Positions 19,962-29,555 of a DNA stretch of 60,794 nt are shown here, in pieces. The position numbers and the translations under genes are program-made. The notes beneath the pieces are model-generated. The model saw nothing but the letters and a program-made list of their open reading frames with translations. It did not search any database and was not told the DNA's origin. This stretch comes from Deltaproteobacteria bacterium. GTDB lineage: Bacteria > Myxococcota_A > Polyangia > Polyangiales > Houyiibacteriaceae. The stretch's first letter is position 1; each line of letters starts with the position of its first letter. The stretch lies in the NCBI GenBank assembly GCA_034670305.1, contig JAXMNT010000045.1:1-60794 (forward strand), in the 5' to 3' direction.

Positions 19962-19977
19962 CGGCACGCTCCCTGCT
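19962..19977 (+). promoter_or_regulatory. sigma54 (-24/-12) promoter
   Basis: CGGCACG-CTCC-CTGCT with GG-N10-GC spacing, 45 bp before the small ORF. Confidence 0.6.
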
Positions 19978-20022
19978 CATGCCTCCCCCGCTGGCCAAAC
20001 GCCGGCAGAAGGAGAGCCGAAC

Positions 20023-20268
20023 ATGCCTGATGCAAGCAAGCCCTACCGAGTGGTCTGGGCGATCACAGAGACGCCGGACGACCGGCCGGACCGATGGACC
20101 CGGGTGGGCATCGCGTACGAGAACCGCGATGGCAGCGTGACGCTGCGGCTGGATGCGCTTCCCACCAGCGGAAAGCTCCAGGTCCGGGATCCGCGGCCGG
20201 AGGAGCTCGAACGGAAGCGGCTGCGCGGGCGGTTCGGGGAGCGGCCCGAGCTGCCACTCGCAGGCTGA
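20023..20268 (+). CDS. Small conserved beta-rich protein (WTRVGIAYENRDGS motif; possible nucleic-acid binding)
   Basis: AAGGAGAG RBS; W-x-R-V-G-x-A-Y-x-N-R-D-G-S-x3-L-D-A-L-P motif that I recall from small myxobacterial hypothetical proteins. Confidence 0.75.
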   Translation: MPDASKPYRVVWAITETPDDRPDRWTRVGIAYENRDGSVTLRLDALPTSGKLQVRDPRPEELERKRLRGRFGERPELPLAG

Positions 20269-20309
20269 ACCGACACCGCAACCCATGACGGCGGCCACGA
20301 GGGTCGCCG

Positions 20310-20352
20310 AACCAAACCAACACCAACCAACCCAACCAACACCAACCAACCA
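20310..20352 (+). repeat. A/C-only (ACCA/ACCAA)n tract upstream of comEA
   Basis: aaccaaaccaacaccaaccaacccaaccaacaccaaccaacca. Confidence 0.8.
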
Positions 20353-20372
20353 CGACAAGAGAGAACATCCTG

Positions 20373-20705
20373 ATGACCAAGAACCGAATCCTTCGCCTTT
20401 TGCTCGGTGCCCTCTGCGCCGCCACCTTCACCCTCGCGGGCCCCGCGTTCGCACAACCGGTCGAGGACGCGCCGGCGGAAGAGGCGCCGGAAGCCGACAC
20501 CCTGCGGGTCGACCTCAACACCGCCACGGAGACCGAGTTGCTCGCGCTGCCTGGGATCGGGCCGAGCAAGGCACAAGCGATCATGGAGTACCGCGCGCGG
20601 CATCCGTTTCGGCGGGTGGAGCAGGTGATGCGCGTGCGTGGTGTGGGACGCGGCATCTTCCGCCGCATCCGCGACCACATCGTCGTGTCGCAGCCTCAGA
20701 GCTGA
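20373..20705 (+). CDS. comEA: ComEA family helix-hairpin-helix DNA-binding protein
   Basis: Signal peptide; VDLNTATETELLALPGIGPSKAQAIMEYR...F...VRGVG. Confidence 0.9.
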   Translation: MTKNRILRLLLGALCAATFTLAGPAFAQPVEDAPAEEAPEADTLRVDLNTATETELLALPGIGPSKAQAIMEYRARHPFRRVEQVMRVRGVGRGIFRRIRDHIVVSQPQS

Positions 20706-20786
20706 GCGACGCACATGCGGTTGGCCGGAGGCGCACGAGCGCTTCCGGCCCGCCGGATGAGCGAGAAACCAATCCGGTTGGGCCGC

Positions 20787-21305
20787 TTACTCCTCTTCGG
20801 CGGAGAGCGCGTCGAGCTGTTGACGGTAAGTGACCTGGATCTCTCGAAACCCGAGGCGGTCCATCGCCTTGCGGGTCTCGGTGTTGAAGGACCAGGTCGA
20901 CGTCTCGACGATGCTGCAGCCGCTCTCTCGAAAGATGGCGAAGAGCGTCTGCATCAGAGCGCGGCCCACGCCTTGACCCCGAGCGTCCGAAGCGACGTAC
21001 CAGTCGCCGACGATGCCCTTGCGGCTGAGCACACGGCGGGTGTCGTTTTGGATGTAACCACTGATGTAACCGAGACCGACAGAATGGCTCTGCCCGGGTT
21101 CGATCCGTTCCGCGACCAGCAGCACGGTGGTGTCGTTGCGCAGCATGGCGTCGACGTCCTCGCGCAGGACATGCGGGAACTGCCGGTACGCGAACAGGAT
21201 CTCGAGTTCGTCCGGCATGACGCTGGCGCGGTGTTCAAGGTAGAGCGCGCGATGAAATCCATAGACGAGGTCCGAGTCCTCGAGCCGCGCCTGGCGTATT
21301 TTCAT
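20787..21305 (-). CDS. GNAT family N-acetyltransferase
   Basis: YVASDARGQGVGRALM motif A; N...MDRLGF. Confidence 0.88.
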   Translation of the reverse strand: MKIRQARLEDSDLVYGFHRALYLEHRASVMPDELEILFAYRQFPHVLREDVDAMLRNDTTVLLVAERIEPGQSHSVGLGYISGYIQNDTRRVLSRKGIVGDWYVASDARGQGVGRALMQTLFAIFRESGCSIVETSTWSFNTETRKAMDRLGFREIQVTYRQQLDALSAEEE

Positions 21306-21348
21306 GGGCGGCACTGGCCAGGCTCGCTTCGTGAGGAGTGCCCCGAGT

Positions 21349-21987
21349 TCATCCGCGGAGCGCTTTCAGGAGCGGCTTGATGCGCTCGCGGCCGAGCTTG
21401 AGTCCCACCCGGTTGGCCACCACGACCGAACTCACTTCACAGATGTCTTCGATGACGACCAGCCCGTTCTGGCGGAGCGTCTCACCGGTCTCGACGATGT
21501 CGACGATCACGTCGGCCAAACCCGTGAGCGGCGCGAGCTCCACCGACCCCTGCACGAAGATGAGTTCGTGCGGCACCCCGAGCGACTCGAAATGTCGCGC
21601 GGCCACGCGCGGAAACTTGGTGCCGACCCGCAGGACATCCGCGTAGTCGGCGCGCTGCGTCGCATACGCGCCGCCGGGCAGTCCCGCGACCGCGAGCTTG
21701 CAGCGGCCGATGCCGAGGTCGACCGGCGCGTAGAGGTCGTAGTCCCGCTCGAGCAGCACGTCGCGGCCCACGATGCCGAGGTCCGCGGCGCCGTACTCGA
21801 CGTAGGTCGGCACATCGTCGGGTTTGAGCAGCAGGTACCGGATGCCGTTCTTGCGATCGTCGCGAATCAGTTTTCGACTCCGACCGGTCAGCACCGACGG
21901 ATCGAGGCCCGCTTGCTCGAGGCGCGGGCCGAGTTGTTCGAGGACCCGTCCCTTGGGGACGGCGAGCACGATGGGTTCTTCGGACAT
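21349..21987 (-). CDS. hisG: ATP phosphoribosyltransferase, short form
   Basis: LAVPKGR, DVPTYVEYGAADLGIVGRD, GSVELAPLTGLADVIVDIVETGETL; 212 aa. Confidence 0.96.
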   Translation of the reverse strand: MSEEPIVLAVPKGRVLEQLGPRLEQAGLDPSVLTGRSRKLIRDDRKNGIRYLLLKPDDVPTYVEYGAADLGIVGRDVLLERDYDLYAPVDLGIGRCKLAVAGLPGGAYATQRADYADVLRVGTKFPRVAARHFESLGVPHELIFVQGSVELAPLTGLADVIVDIVETGETLRQNGLVVIEDICEVSSVVVANRVGLKLGRERIKPLLKALRG

Positions 21988-21988
21988 C

Positions 21989-23254
21989 TCAGATCGACCC
22001 TGGCACGCGTTCGATCGTCGCTCCGAGCGCCGCGAACTTCTCCTCGATGCGTTCGTAGCCTCGGTCGATGTGGTAGACGCGCAGCACCTCGGTGACGCCG
22101 CCGGAGATGAGACCGGCGATGACCAAACTCGCGCTCGCGCGCAGGTCGGTCGCCATCACCTGGGCACCTTCCATGGACTCGACCCCGCTCACCGTCGCGG
22201 TGCGTCCATCGACGGCGATCTCGGCGCCCATCCGGTTGAGTTCCGGCACGTGCATGAACCGGTTCTCGAAGATGGTCTCGGTGATGCGGGATTGGCCCTT
22301 GGCGGTGCACATGACCACCATGAACTGCGCTTGCATGTCGGTCGGGAACCCCGGATGCGGCGCGGTCCGCACGTCCACCCCGCGCAGATCGCCTTCCGCC
22401 ACGACGCGGACTCCGTCGCCTTCGCGCTCCACGATCGCACCGGCTTCGCGCAGCTTCGCCGCGAGCGCTTCGAGGTGCTCGAACGTCACCCCTTCCAAGA
22501 ACACGTTGCCGCGCGTCGCGGCGGCGGCCGCCATGTAGGTCCCCGCCTCGATGCGGTCGGCGATGACCGCGTGGTCCACCGGCTGCAGCGCCTCGGTGCC
22601 GACGATGGTGATCACGTCCGTGCCCGCACCGACCACGCTCGCGCCCATCTTGTTCAGGAGCCGCGCGAGCTCTTCGATCTCCGGCTCGCGCGCGGCGTTC
22701 ACGAGCGTGGTGCGCCCCTTGGCGAGCACCGCGGCGCTCATCAGGTTCTCCGTGCCGGTCACCGTCGGCATGTCGAGCACGATCTCCGCGCCGTGCAGCC
22801 GGCCTTTGGGAACCTCCACGTGCACGTAGCCGTGTTTGAGCTCCACCTCGGCGCCCATGGCTTCCAGGCCGGCGAGGTGCTGGTCGATCGGACGCGCGCC
22901 GATCGCGCAGCCGCCGGGCAACGAGACCGTGGCGCGGCCATAACGGGCGACGAGCGGTCCCAAGACGAGCACCGAAGCCCGCATCTGCTTCACCAACTCG
23001 TACGGGGCGACCGGCTCACTGACCGCACGGCTGACGATGTCGATCGTGTTGCCATCGGTCGTGACTTCGAGCCCGAGGGTCTCGAGCAACTTCCCCATCG
23101 TCCGCACGTCGCGCAGTTGCGGCACGTTCCGAAACCGGTGCTCTCCGTCGGCCAACAGCGCGGCGCACAAGATGGGTAGAGCGGCGTTCTTTGCCCCGCT
23201 GATGGCGACGGTTCCTTCGAGCCGCGCGCCTCCCTGGATCCGGAAGTTGTCCAC
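21989..23254 (-). CDS. murA: UDP-N-acetylglucosamine 1-carboxyvinyltransferase
   Basis: [53 protein letters not shown]. Confidence 0.98.
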   Translation of the reverse strand: MDNFRIQGGARLEGTVAISGAKNAALPILCAALLADGEHRFRNVPQLRDVRTMGKLLETLGLEVTTDGNTIDIVSRAVSEPVAPYELVKQMRASVLVLGPLVARYGRATVSLPGGCAIGARPIDQHLAGLEAMGAEVELKHGYVHVEVPKGRLHGAEIVLDMPTVTGTENLMSAAVLAKGRTTLVNAAREPEIEELARLLNKMGASVVGAGTDVITIVGTEALQPVDHAVIADRIEAGTYMAAAAATRGNVFLEGVTFEHLEALAAKLREAGAIVEREGDGVRVVAEGDLRGVDVRTAPHPGFPTDMQAQFMVVMCTAKGQSRITETIFENRFMHVPELNRMGAEIAVDGRTATVSGVESMEGAQVMATDLRASASLVIAGLISGGVTEVLRVYHIDRGYERIEEKFAALGATIERVPGSI

Positions 23255-23394
23255 GAAGCCGAATAGAGCACATCTGCTGGCCCCCCGTCAGGCGAAGGAG
23301 GGCGGACGGGGGGCGCGAAGCCGGTCGCGTCCCAGCGCCCGACCCAGCCGACCGACCCAGCCGACAGACCCAGAGACAGACTCAGCACAGCGTC

Positions 23395-23635
23395 GGCGAC
23401 AGAATCGGCGACAGACTCAGCGACGGCTTCGGCTTCGGCTTCGGCTTCGGCGACGGCTTCGGCGACGGCTTCGGCTTCGGCTTCGGCTTCGGCTTCGGCT
23501 TCGGCTTCGGCTTCGGCTTCGGCTTCGGCTTCGGGATCGGCGTCGGCTTCGGCTTCGGCGTCGGCGTCGGCTTCGGCTTCGGCGTCGGCGTCGGCTTCGG
23601 CTTCGGCTTCGGCTTCGGCTTCGCTCGGCTTCGCC
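23395..23635. repeat. (CTTCGG)n hexamer microsatellite in the divergent murA promoter region
   Basis: Long near-pure GGCTTC run with GGCGTC/GGCGAC variants. Confidence 0.92.
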
Positions 23636-23675
23636 GCGTCGAATATCCATCCTCCCCCTCCCGTCCACCTTTGAC

Positions 23676-24944
23676 GTGGACCCTCTACGCTTCGCCTGCG
23701 CACCCGCATCGCTCGCTGCTTCGCTCGCTCTGCTGACCACGCTCAGCCTCTCCGCCCCGGCGGCCGCTCAGCCGGCGGAACCGGCCACAGCGGACCTGCC
23801 GCTCCGCGGTCTGACCCCGACCGAGCTGGCGTTGATCGAGCCGCACCTCGAGCGTGGACCGGTGCTGCACGCGCTCTTCCGCCACCGCGAAGACGAGATG
23901 CCGGCGATCGTGCTCGCGATGAAGATGGATGCCACCCCCGACGAGGTCGCGGCGGTGGTCGGACAACCGGAGCACTACGCCGAGTTCATGCCGGCGCTCG
24001 ATTCGCTCGAAGTGGAGTCGCGGTCCGGCAACCAGACCGCCTACCGCTGGCAGTGGCAGCTCGCCCTCTTCTCCCTCACTGGGCGCAACGTGATGACCCG
24101 GTACGCGGGCAACGCGCGCCGTGGTCACCGCATCGACGTCCGCTCCACCGGCGGCGACCTCGGCACGGGGCGCATGAGCTGGCGCATCCGGCCCGATCCG
24201 AACCGTCCCGGTGGCTCGATCGTCGTGCTCTCGTCGCGTCTCGACATGCGCGACGCGAACTACCTCTCCGACCAGATGAGCTCCGGCGGCGGCTCGGTCT
24301 ATCGGTCCATCAACATCGCGCTGACGTCGGTGATGATGTTCGGCACCCAGCGACGCGCCGAGGGCGCGCGTACCGCGCCGACCGAACCCCTCCCGCCCCT
24401 GCGGAGGCCGGACCTCGACATCAACGGCCTCGAGCCGCTGCTCGCCCGCGGTGATCTCGTGTTCCTCGAACTGCACGGCGAAGCGCTCGAGCGCGTCACC
24501 GCGCTCGGTCGCACCACCACCGACGTGGCCCGCGCGCGCGCCGTGATGAACGACCCGGAAGAGTTCGGCCGTTCGTTGATGCACGGGAGCCGCGCAGAGG
24601 TCGTGGAGCGCAACGAGGACCACGTGGTCTTCCGCTGGGGCATCCCGATGCCGATCATCGCGGTGGAGGGCAGCATGCGGCTCTACCCCCGCGACGAAGG
24701 TCCGGTCCGGGTCGAAGGGGTGAGCGGAAGCCTCCAGTCGGGTGCGTGGGTCTTCGACACCCACGCGTTGCCGCACGGAGAAGCCGTGACCTACGGGTGG
24801 AGCCGCTTCGACCCGGCCGAGTCCGCACGCTTCATCCGCCGGCTCATCGCAGACGACGCGGACTTCTCCCACGGCCTCGTCATGGCCACCCAGGTCATGG
24901 TCGTCCGCTCCCTCCGCTCCCGCGCCACCCGCTACGTGCCCTAA
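23676..24944 (+). CDS. Secreted protein with two SRPBCC/START-like domains
   Basis: Signal peptide ending [26 protein letters not shown]...GGDL...W and a second copy [11 protein letters not shown]...SGSL...W. Confidence 0.7.
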   Translation: MDPLRFACAPASLAASLALLTTLSLSAPAAAQPAEPATADLPLRGLTPTELALIEPHLERGPVLHALFRHREDEMPAIVLAMKMDATPDEVAAVVGQPEHYAEFMPALDSLEVESRSGNQTAYRWQWQLALFSLTGRNVMTRYAGNARRGHRIDVRSTGGDLGTGRMSWRIRPDPNRPGGSIVVLSSRLDMRDANYLSDQMSSGGGSVYRSINIALTSVMMFGTQRRAEGARTAPTEPLPPLRRPDLDINGLEPLLARGDLVFLELHGEALERVTALGRTTTDVARARAVMNDPEEFGRSLMHGSRAEVVERNEDHVVFRWGIPMPIIAVEGSMRLYPRDEGPVRVEGVSGSLQSGAWVFDTHALPHGEAVTYGWSRFDPAESARFIRRLIADDADFSHGLVMATQVMVVRSLRSRATRYVP

Positions 24945-25028
24945 CGGCCTGGCCCGTGTTGGGTTGGGTTGGGTTCAGCCCCGCATCGAGTGGTTGCACA
25001 TCGGGCCGGCCGAGACTTCAATCGCCGG

Positions 25029-27476
25029 ATGCGAACGAATGCCGCACATGCAGTCCTTTGGATCTTGGTGGGGGCGTGCTCCGGCACCCAGACGACGGAG
25101 ACCGAGGTGCCCTCGACCGATCCCCACGCCGCGCTCCATGCGATCAACCAAGAAGCGCGCGCGGGCGGGGTGGTCGAGACCCTGCACGGCGTCGAGGTGC
25201 GCGATCCGTACCGCAGCCTCGAGACCGAATCGGACCTGACGACGCGCTGGGTGGAGCAGCAGACCAGCGCCACCCGGGCCGCCCTTCCGGTCACCGACGA
25301 GGCGCGCGCCCGCATGCGGACCCTGCTCGGCATCGGGAGTCTCGGAAGTGTGGTCGGCGCCGGCGAACGGGTGTTCTTTCAGCGCCGCGAAGGCGACCGG
25401 GAGCAGCCGCTCTACCTGGTGCGGGTGGGCGACGCAGAGCACGTGCTGATCGACCCGACCCTTCACGGCGAGCGCGCGGCGCTCGACTGGGCGTACCCTT
25501 CGGAGACCGGCCGGTACGTCGCGTTCGGGATCTCGCTCAACGGCGACGAGCGCAGCACCCTCCACGTGCTCGACGTGGACGCGAAGCTCGCCTTGCTGGA
25601 AGGCCCCGCGACCCACACCGGGGAGGCCGCACGCGACGCGGGGCTGCTGCCGCTGCGCATTCCGCGCACCAAGTGGTGCAACCTCTCGTGGCTGCACGAC
25701 GACACCGGCTTCTACTACACGCGCTACCCGAAACCCGACGAGCCGGGGTTCGACGCCGAACACGAAGACAACTACTTCCCCCGCGTCTTCTTCCACGCCC
25801 TCGCGCCGAGTGCCCAGCCCGCGCAAGCCCGATCCGCGCAAGCCCGGCCCGCACAAGCCGCGCAGACCGCGCCGCCGACTGGGGATGACCCCCTGGTGTG
25901 GGGCAGCGAGACCGGGACCGATTTCCCGGTGCCGAACGTGTCGACCGACGACGGTCACCTGGTGCTCAACGTGTTCCGCGGATGGAGCGCGAGCGACGTC
26001 TACCTGTACGACCGAAGCCACGGCCCCGCGCCCTCCGAAGCGCATCCGGTCCGCACGATCGTGCAGGGCGAAGACAACGTCACCAACGGCTTCGTGCACG
26101 GCGGCAAGTTCTACGCGCACACCAACCGCGACGCGCCGCGCTACCGGCTCGTCTCGGTCCCGCTCGCGCGTGCCCATGAACCGGCGCGCTGGCGGGACGT
26201 GATCCCGCAGCGCGATGCACCGCTGGAACAGATCGCACTCGTCGGGACCAGGCACCTCGTGGGCCACTACATCGACGACATCCGATCCAAGATCGTCGTG
26301 TTCGATCGCTCTGGCCGGGAACTCGGCGAAGCGGAGCTGCCGGCCCGCGGCGCGCTCGAAGGCGGCTTCTCCGCATCGACCTCGCGCACCACGGTGCAGT
26401 TCGCGTTCAGTGGGTACCTGCTCGCGCCGACGCTGCTGCAATTGGACGCGGCCGACCGAGCGGTCGAGACGCTCGCCGCTGTGGAGGCCGACTTCGACTT
26501 CAGCCCGTACGTGACCGAGCTCCATCGCGTGGAGTCCGCGGACGGAACGATGGTCCCAGTGACCCTGATCCACCGCGCCGACCAACCCCGCGACCGCCGC
26601 GGCCGAGTCATCTTGTACGGCTACGGCGGCTTCAACATCTCGCTCTTGCCCAGCCTGCGACGCAACGCGCTCTACTGGCTCGAGCGGGGCGGCGTGTACG
26701 CGGTCGCCAACCTCCGCGGTGGCGGCGAGATGGGCGAGGACTGGCACCGGGCCGGCATGCTCGACCAGAAGGAGCACGTGTTCGAAGACTTCGAGGCGAT
26801 CCTCGAGTGGCTCTCCACCAGCGGCATCAGCAGCCGGCACCGGATCGGCATCACCGGCGGCAGCAACGGCGGCCTGCTCATGGGCGCGATGATCACCCGC
26901 GTGCCCGAACGGTTCGTGGCGGCGGCCAGCTACGTCGGGCTCTACGACATGGTGCGGTACCACCAGTTCCCGCCGGCCGAACTCTGGGTCAGCGAATACG
27001 GCAGCGCCGAGGACGCCACGCAGTTCCAGACGTTGCACGCGTACTCCCCCTACCACCGCGTGGAAGCGGGCACGCCCTACCCGGCGATCCTGGTCGAAAC
27101 GGCCGACCACGACAGCCGGGTGCACTGGGCGCACTCGACGAAGTTCGTCGCGTCGCTCCAGGAAGCCACCTCCTCGGGCCGACCGGTCCACTTCTTCATG
27201 GAGCGGGCGATGGGGCACGGCGCCGGCACGCGCTTGAGCGACCAAGCGGAGAAGTACGCCCGCATGTTCGCGTTCTTCGACCGCTTTCTCGCCGAAGGCC
27301 GACGCGCCGGTGCGGCCGAAGCCGCGCCCGCTGACGAAGCCGCCGAAGCCGCGCCCGCTGACGAAGCCGCCGAAGCCGCGCCCGCTGACGAAGCCGCCGA
27401 AGCCGCCGAAGCCGAGACCGAGGTCGCACCGGCCGACGATGCAGCAGCCGCCGGCGAGGACGCGCCCGCGGACTGA
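25029..27476 (+). CDS. Prolyl oligopeptidase (S9A) lipoprotein
   Basis: Lipobox VGAC; DPYRSLE, YGYGGFN, NLRGGGE, GGSNGGLL, HDSRV, GHGAG; C-terminal AAEAAPADE repeats. Confidence 0.95.
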   Translation: MRTNAAHAVLWILVGACSGTQTTETEVPSTDPHAALHAINQEARAGGVVETLHGVEVRDPYRSLETESDLTTRWVEQQTSATRAALPVTDEARARMRTLLGIGSLGSVVGAGERVFFQRREGDREQPLYLVRVGDAEHVLIDPTLHGERAALDWAYPSETGRYVAFGISLNGDERSTLHVLDVDAKLALLEGPATHTGEAARDAGLLPLRIPRTKWCNLSWLHDDTGFYYTRYPKPDEPGFDAEHEDNYFPRVFFHALAPSAQPAQARSAQARPAQAAQTAPPTGDDPLVWGSETGTDFPVPNVSTDDGHLVLNVFRGWSASDVYLYDRSHGPAPSEAHPVRTIVQGEDNVTNGFVHGGKFYAHTNRDAPRYRLVSVPLARAHEPARWRDVIPQRDAPLEQIALVGTRHLVGHYIDDIRSKIVVFDRSGRELGEAELPARGALEGGFSASTSRTTVQFAFSGYLLAPTLLQLDAADRAVETLAAVEADFDFSPYVTELHRVESADGTMVPVTLIHRADQPRDRRGRVILYGYGGFNISLLPSLRRNALYWLERGGVYAVANLRGGGEMGEDWHRAGMLDQKEHVFEDFEAILEWLSTSGISSRHRIGITGGSNGGLLMGAMITRVPERFVAAASYVGLYDMVRYHQFPPAELWVSEYGSAEDATQFQTLHAYSPYHRVEAGTPYPAILVETADHDSRVHWAHSTKFVASLQEATSSGRPVHFFMERAMGHGAGTRLSDQAEKYARMFAFFDRFLAEGRRAGAAEAAPADEAAEAAPADEAAEAAPADEAAEAAEAETEVAPADDAAAAGEDAPAD

Positions 27477-27488
27477 TGGAAACGCGCG

Positions 27489-27899
27489 CTACGACTCAGG
27501 GTCGTCGCAGTTCACGATCCAGGCGACACCGAACCGGTCGGTGAGCATGCCGAATCCCGCCGCCCAGAACGTCTTGGCGAACGGCATCGTCACCTGGCCG
27601 CCCGCCGACAGCGCCTCGAAGGCGGCCCGTCCTTTGTCGACGTCCGTGTAGGGCAGCGAGAGCGCACAGCTCCGCATCGGTCCGTCGAAGGGCCCGGCCG
27701 TGTCCGACGCCATCAGCTCGCCACTCGGCAACTGGAGCGTGGCGTGCATCAGCCGGCCGTGAAACTCGGGTGGCACATCCGCGCTCATCGGAGAGTCGCC
27801 GAACGTCTGAGAGAACAACAATTGGCCATCGAGCACCTCTGCATAGAACGCGAGGGCTTCTGCCGCAGTTCCATCGAAGGTCAGGTAGGGCGTGGGCAT
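27489..27899 (-). CDS. VOC/PhnB family protein
   Basis: PYLTFDGTAAEALAFY, MHATL, LMASD, TFWAAGFGMLTDRFGVAWIVN. Confidence 0.92.
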   Translation of the reverse strand: MPTPYLTFDGTAAEALAFYAEVLDGQLLFSQTFGDSPMSADVPPEFHGRLMHATLQLPSGELMASDTAGPFDGPMRSCALSLPYTDVDKGRAAFEALSAGGQVTMPFAKTFWAAGFGMLTDRFGVAWIVNCDDPES

Positions 27900-27984
27900 C
27901 TGTGAATCCTTGGTGAAAGGGGTCTCGGTTTACCACACGGGTCCGACACGGTGCGCCAGGGCCGGTCGACAAAGTTGGCCGCAC

Positions 27985-28893
27985 GTGGCACTTCCATCCG
28001 CGACCGTGCGAGAGACCATCGACTACGATCCCATCGAGGAATTGGTGACCGAAGGGCGCCGTGCCTTGGCGGCGGGAGAGCTGGAACACGCCCGGTGGTG
28101 TTTCGAGGAGGTCTTGTCTCGTCGGGCGGATCATCCCCGCGCGCTCCTCGGGCTCAGCTACGTGCTGCGCAAGAGCAACATGCCACCCGCCGACGGTGGC
28201 GAAGCGATCATCGGAGCCGACCTCGAAGTCGTGGCTCTGGTCCGCGAGAAGCGGTACGTCGACGCGATCGCGCTCTTGCAGCGAGAACTGCTCGTGCGGC
28301 CGAACGACCCCACCCTGCAGAAGAGCATCACCCACCTGCAGAGCCACGTGCGCCGACGCACGATCCAGAAACTCGGCGGGCCGAAGGCGCGGCTCGAGCT
28401 GGCGGACGATGGGATGGGACTCGGCGACGAACTTCGCGATTTGCTGAACGGTGAGCGGACCCTCGACGCGCTGCTCGAAGAGAGCAGCCTCGGGGCGGAC
28501 GAAACGGCCCGCACCCTCGAAGTGCTCCACGACGCGGGGCGCATCTTGCGCCTGGACGAGTTCGGTCCTTCGAACGAGCCACCGAGCCTCCCCGATGTGC
28601 CCCCCGCCCGCGCGTCCGATCGCCCGCCCCCGCCCGAACAAGACGCGTCGGTCGTCGTGGACCCGGAGATGGCCGACGACGCGAAGTCGCCCAACGCACC
28701 GATGAAACCCACCGAGCCCATGGAGAAGCGCGTGCCGCTCGGGGTCCCGCGCACCGATGTGACAGACCGGACCGCGCAGATCCGCGCGTCCCGCCAAGAC
28801 GGAGCGGGTGGTCGATCGAGCGCGCTGCCGGCCATCGCGCTGCTCCTGCTCGCTGCGGTCGTCATCGCCACCCTCCTGCTCACCCGCAACTAG
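27985..28893 (+). CDS. TPR-containing protein with C-terminal membrane anchor
   Basis: TPR-like helices, LLNGERTLDALL winged-helix-like segment, Pro-rich linker, C-terminal TM; start uncertain. Confidence 0.6.
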   Translation: MALPSATVRETIDYDPIEELVTEGRRALAAGELEHARWCFEEVLSRRADHPRALLGLSYVLRKSNMPPADGGEAIIGADLEVVALVREKRYVDAIALLQRELLVRPNDPTLQKSITHLQSHVRRRTIQKLGGPKARLELADDGMGLGDELRDLLNGERTLDALLEESSLGADETARTLEVLHDAGRILRLDEFGPSNEPPSLPDVPPARASDRPPPPEQDASVVVDPEMADDAKSPNAPMKPTEPMEKRVPLGVPRTDVTDRTAQIRASRQDGAGGRSSALPAIALLLLAAVVIATLLLTRN

Positions 28894-28896
28894 CCG

Positions 28897-29541
28897 ATGG
28901 CGACGTCCCGCAAGGCGGCCAAAGCACGGACGCGTCAGAAGCTGCTCGATGCCACCCTCAAGGTGCTCCACCGCGACGGCCGGTCCGGCCTGACCACGGG
29001 GCGGATCGCGGAAGCCGCCGGCGTCGCGCAACCGACGTTCTACGTTCACTTCAGCGACATGGACGACGCGCTGACAGAGGCCGCCGACCTGGTCGCACAG
29101 CGCATGCTCGAACGGCTCCGCGACTACCGCGCCAACCTCAGCATGGGCAGCCCGATCGAGTTGGTGCGGGCGGCGTTCTCGGCGTCGGTGAAGGCGCTCG
29201 TGCGCGACCGCAAGCTCGCGGAGCTCTTCCTCCGGCACCGCCGTGATGCCGGCACCCCGCTCGGGGAGCGCTGGGCGCAGGTCACCCAGCGAGCTCGGCT
29301 GGACCTGGTGCGCGACATGGAGCGATGGGGGCTTCAAACGAGCCTCCCGGATCTGAACATCTACGCCGAGATCCTCGTGGGCATGACCCTCGCGGCAGCC
29401 GAAGGAGTTGTCGACAAACGCATCGAGGACCTGGATCTGATGCTGGACGAGCTGGCGCACTTCACCGTCGCTGGGTTGCAGGCCGGGGTGGCTCGCGAGC
29501 GGCCGGCTGCACCACCCATGGGTGCGCCTGGCCCCGATTGA
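28897..29541 (+). CDS. TetR family transcriptional regulator
   Basis: TRQKLLDA...IAEAAGVAQPTFYVHFSDMD. Confidence 0.92.
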   Translation: MATSRKAAKARTRQKLLDATLKVLHRDGRSGLTTGRIAEAAGVAQPTFYVHFSDMDDALTEAADLVAQRMLERLRDYRANLSMGSPIELVRAAFSASVKALVRDRKLAELFLRHRRDAGTPLGERWAQVTQRARLDLVRDMERWGLQTSLPDLNIYAEILVGMTLAAAEGVVDKRIEDLDLMLDELAHFTVAGLQAGVARERPAAPPMGAPGPD

Positions 29542-29555
29542 ACTATGCTTGCTCG

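Noticed and set aside
22990-23740. EA-, RL- and RS-repeat ORFs, including the N-terminal extension of ORF 23037-24944
   Set aside because: Translations of the hexamer microsatellite; they overlap murA or the next gene, and the real gene has a signal peptide starting near 23676
24957-24976. G-quadruplex at (TTGGG)3
   Set aside because: Only three G-tracts
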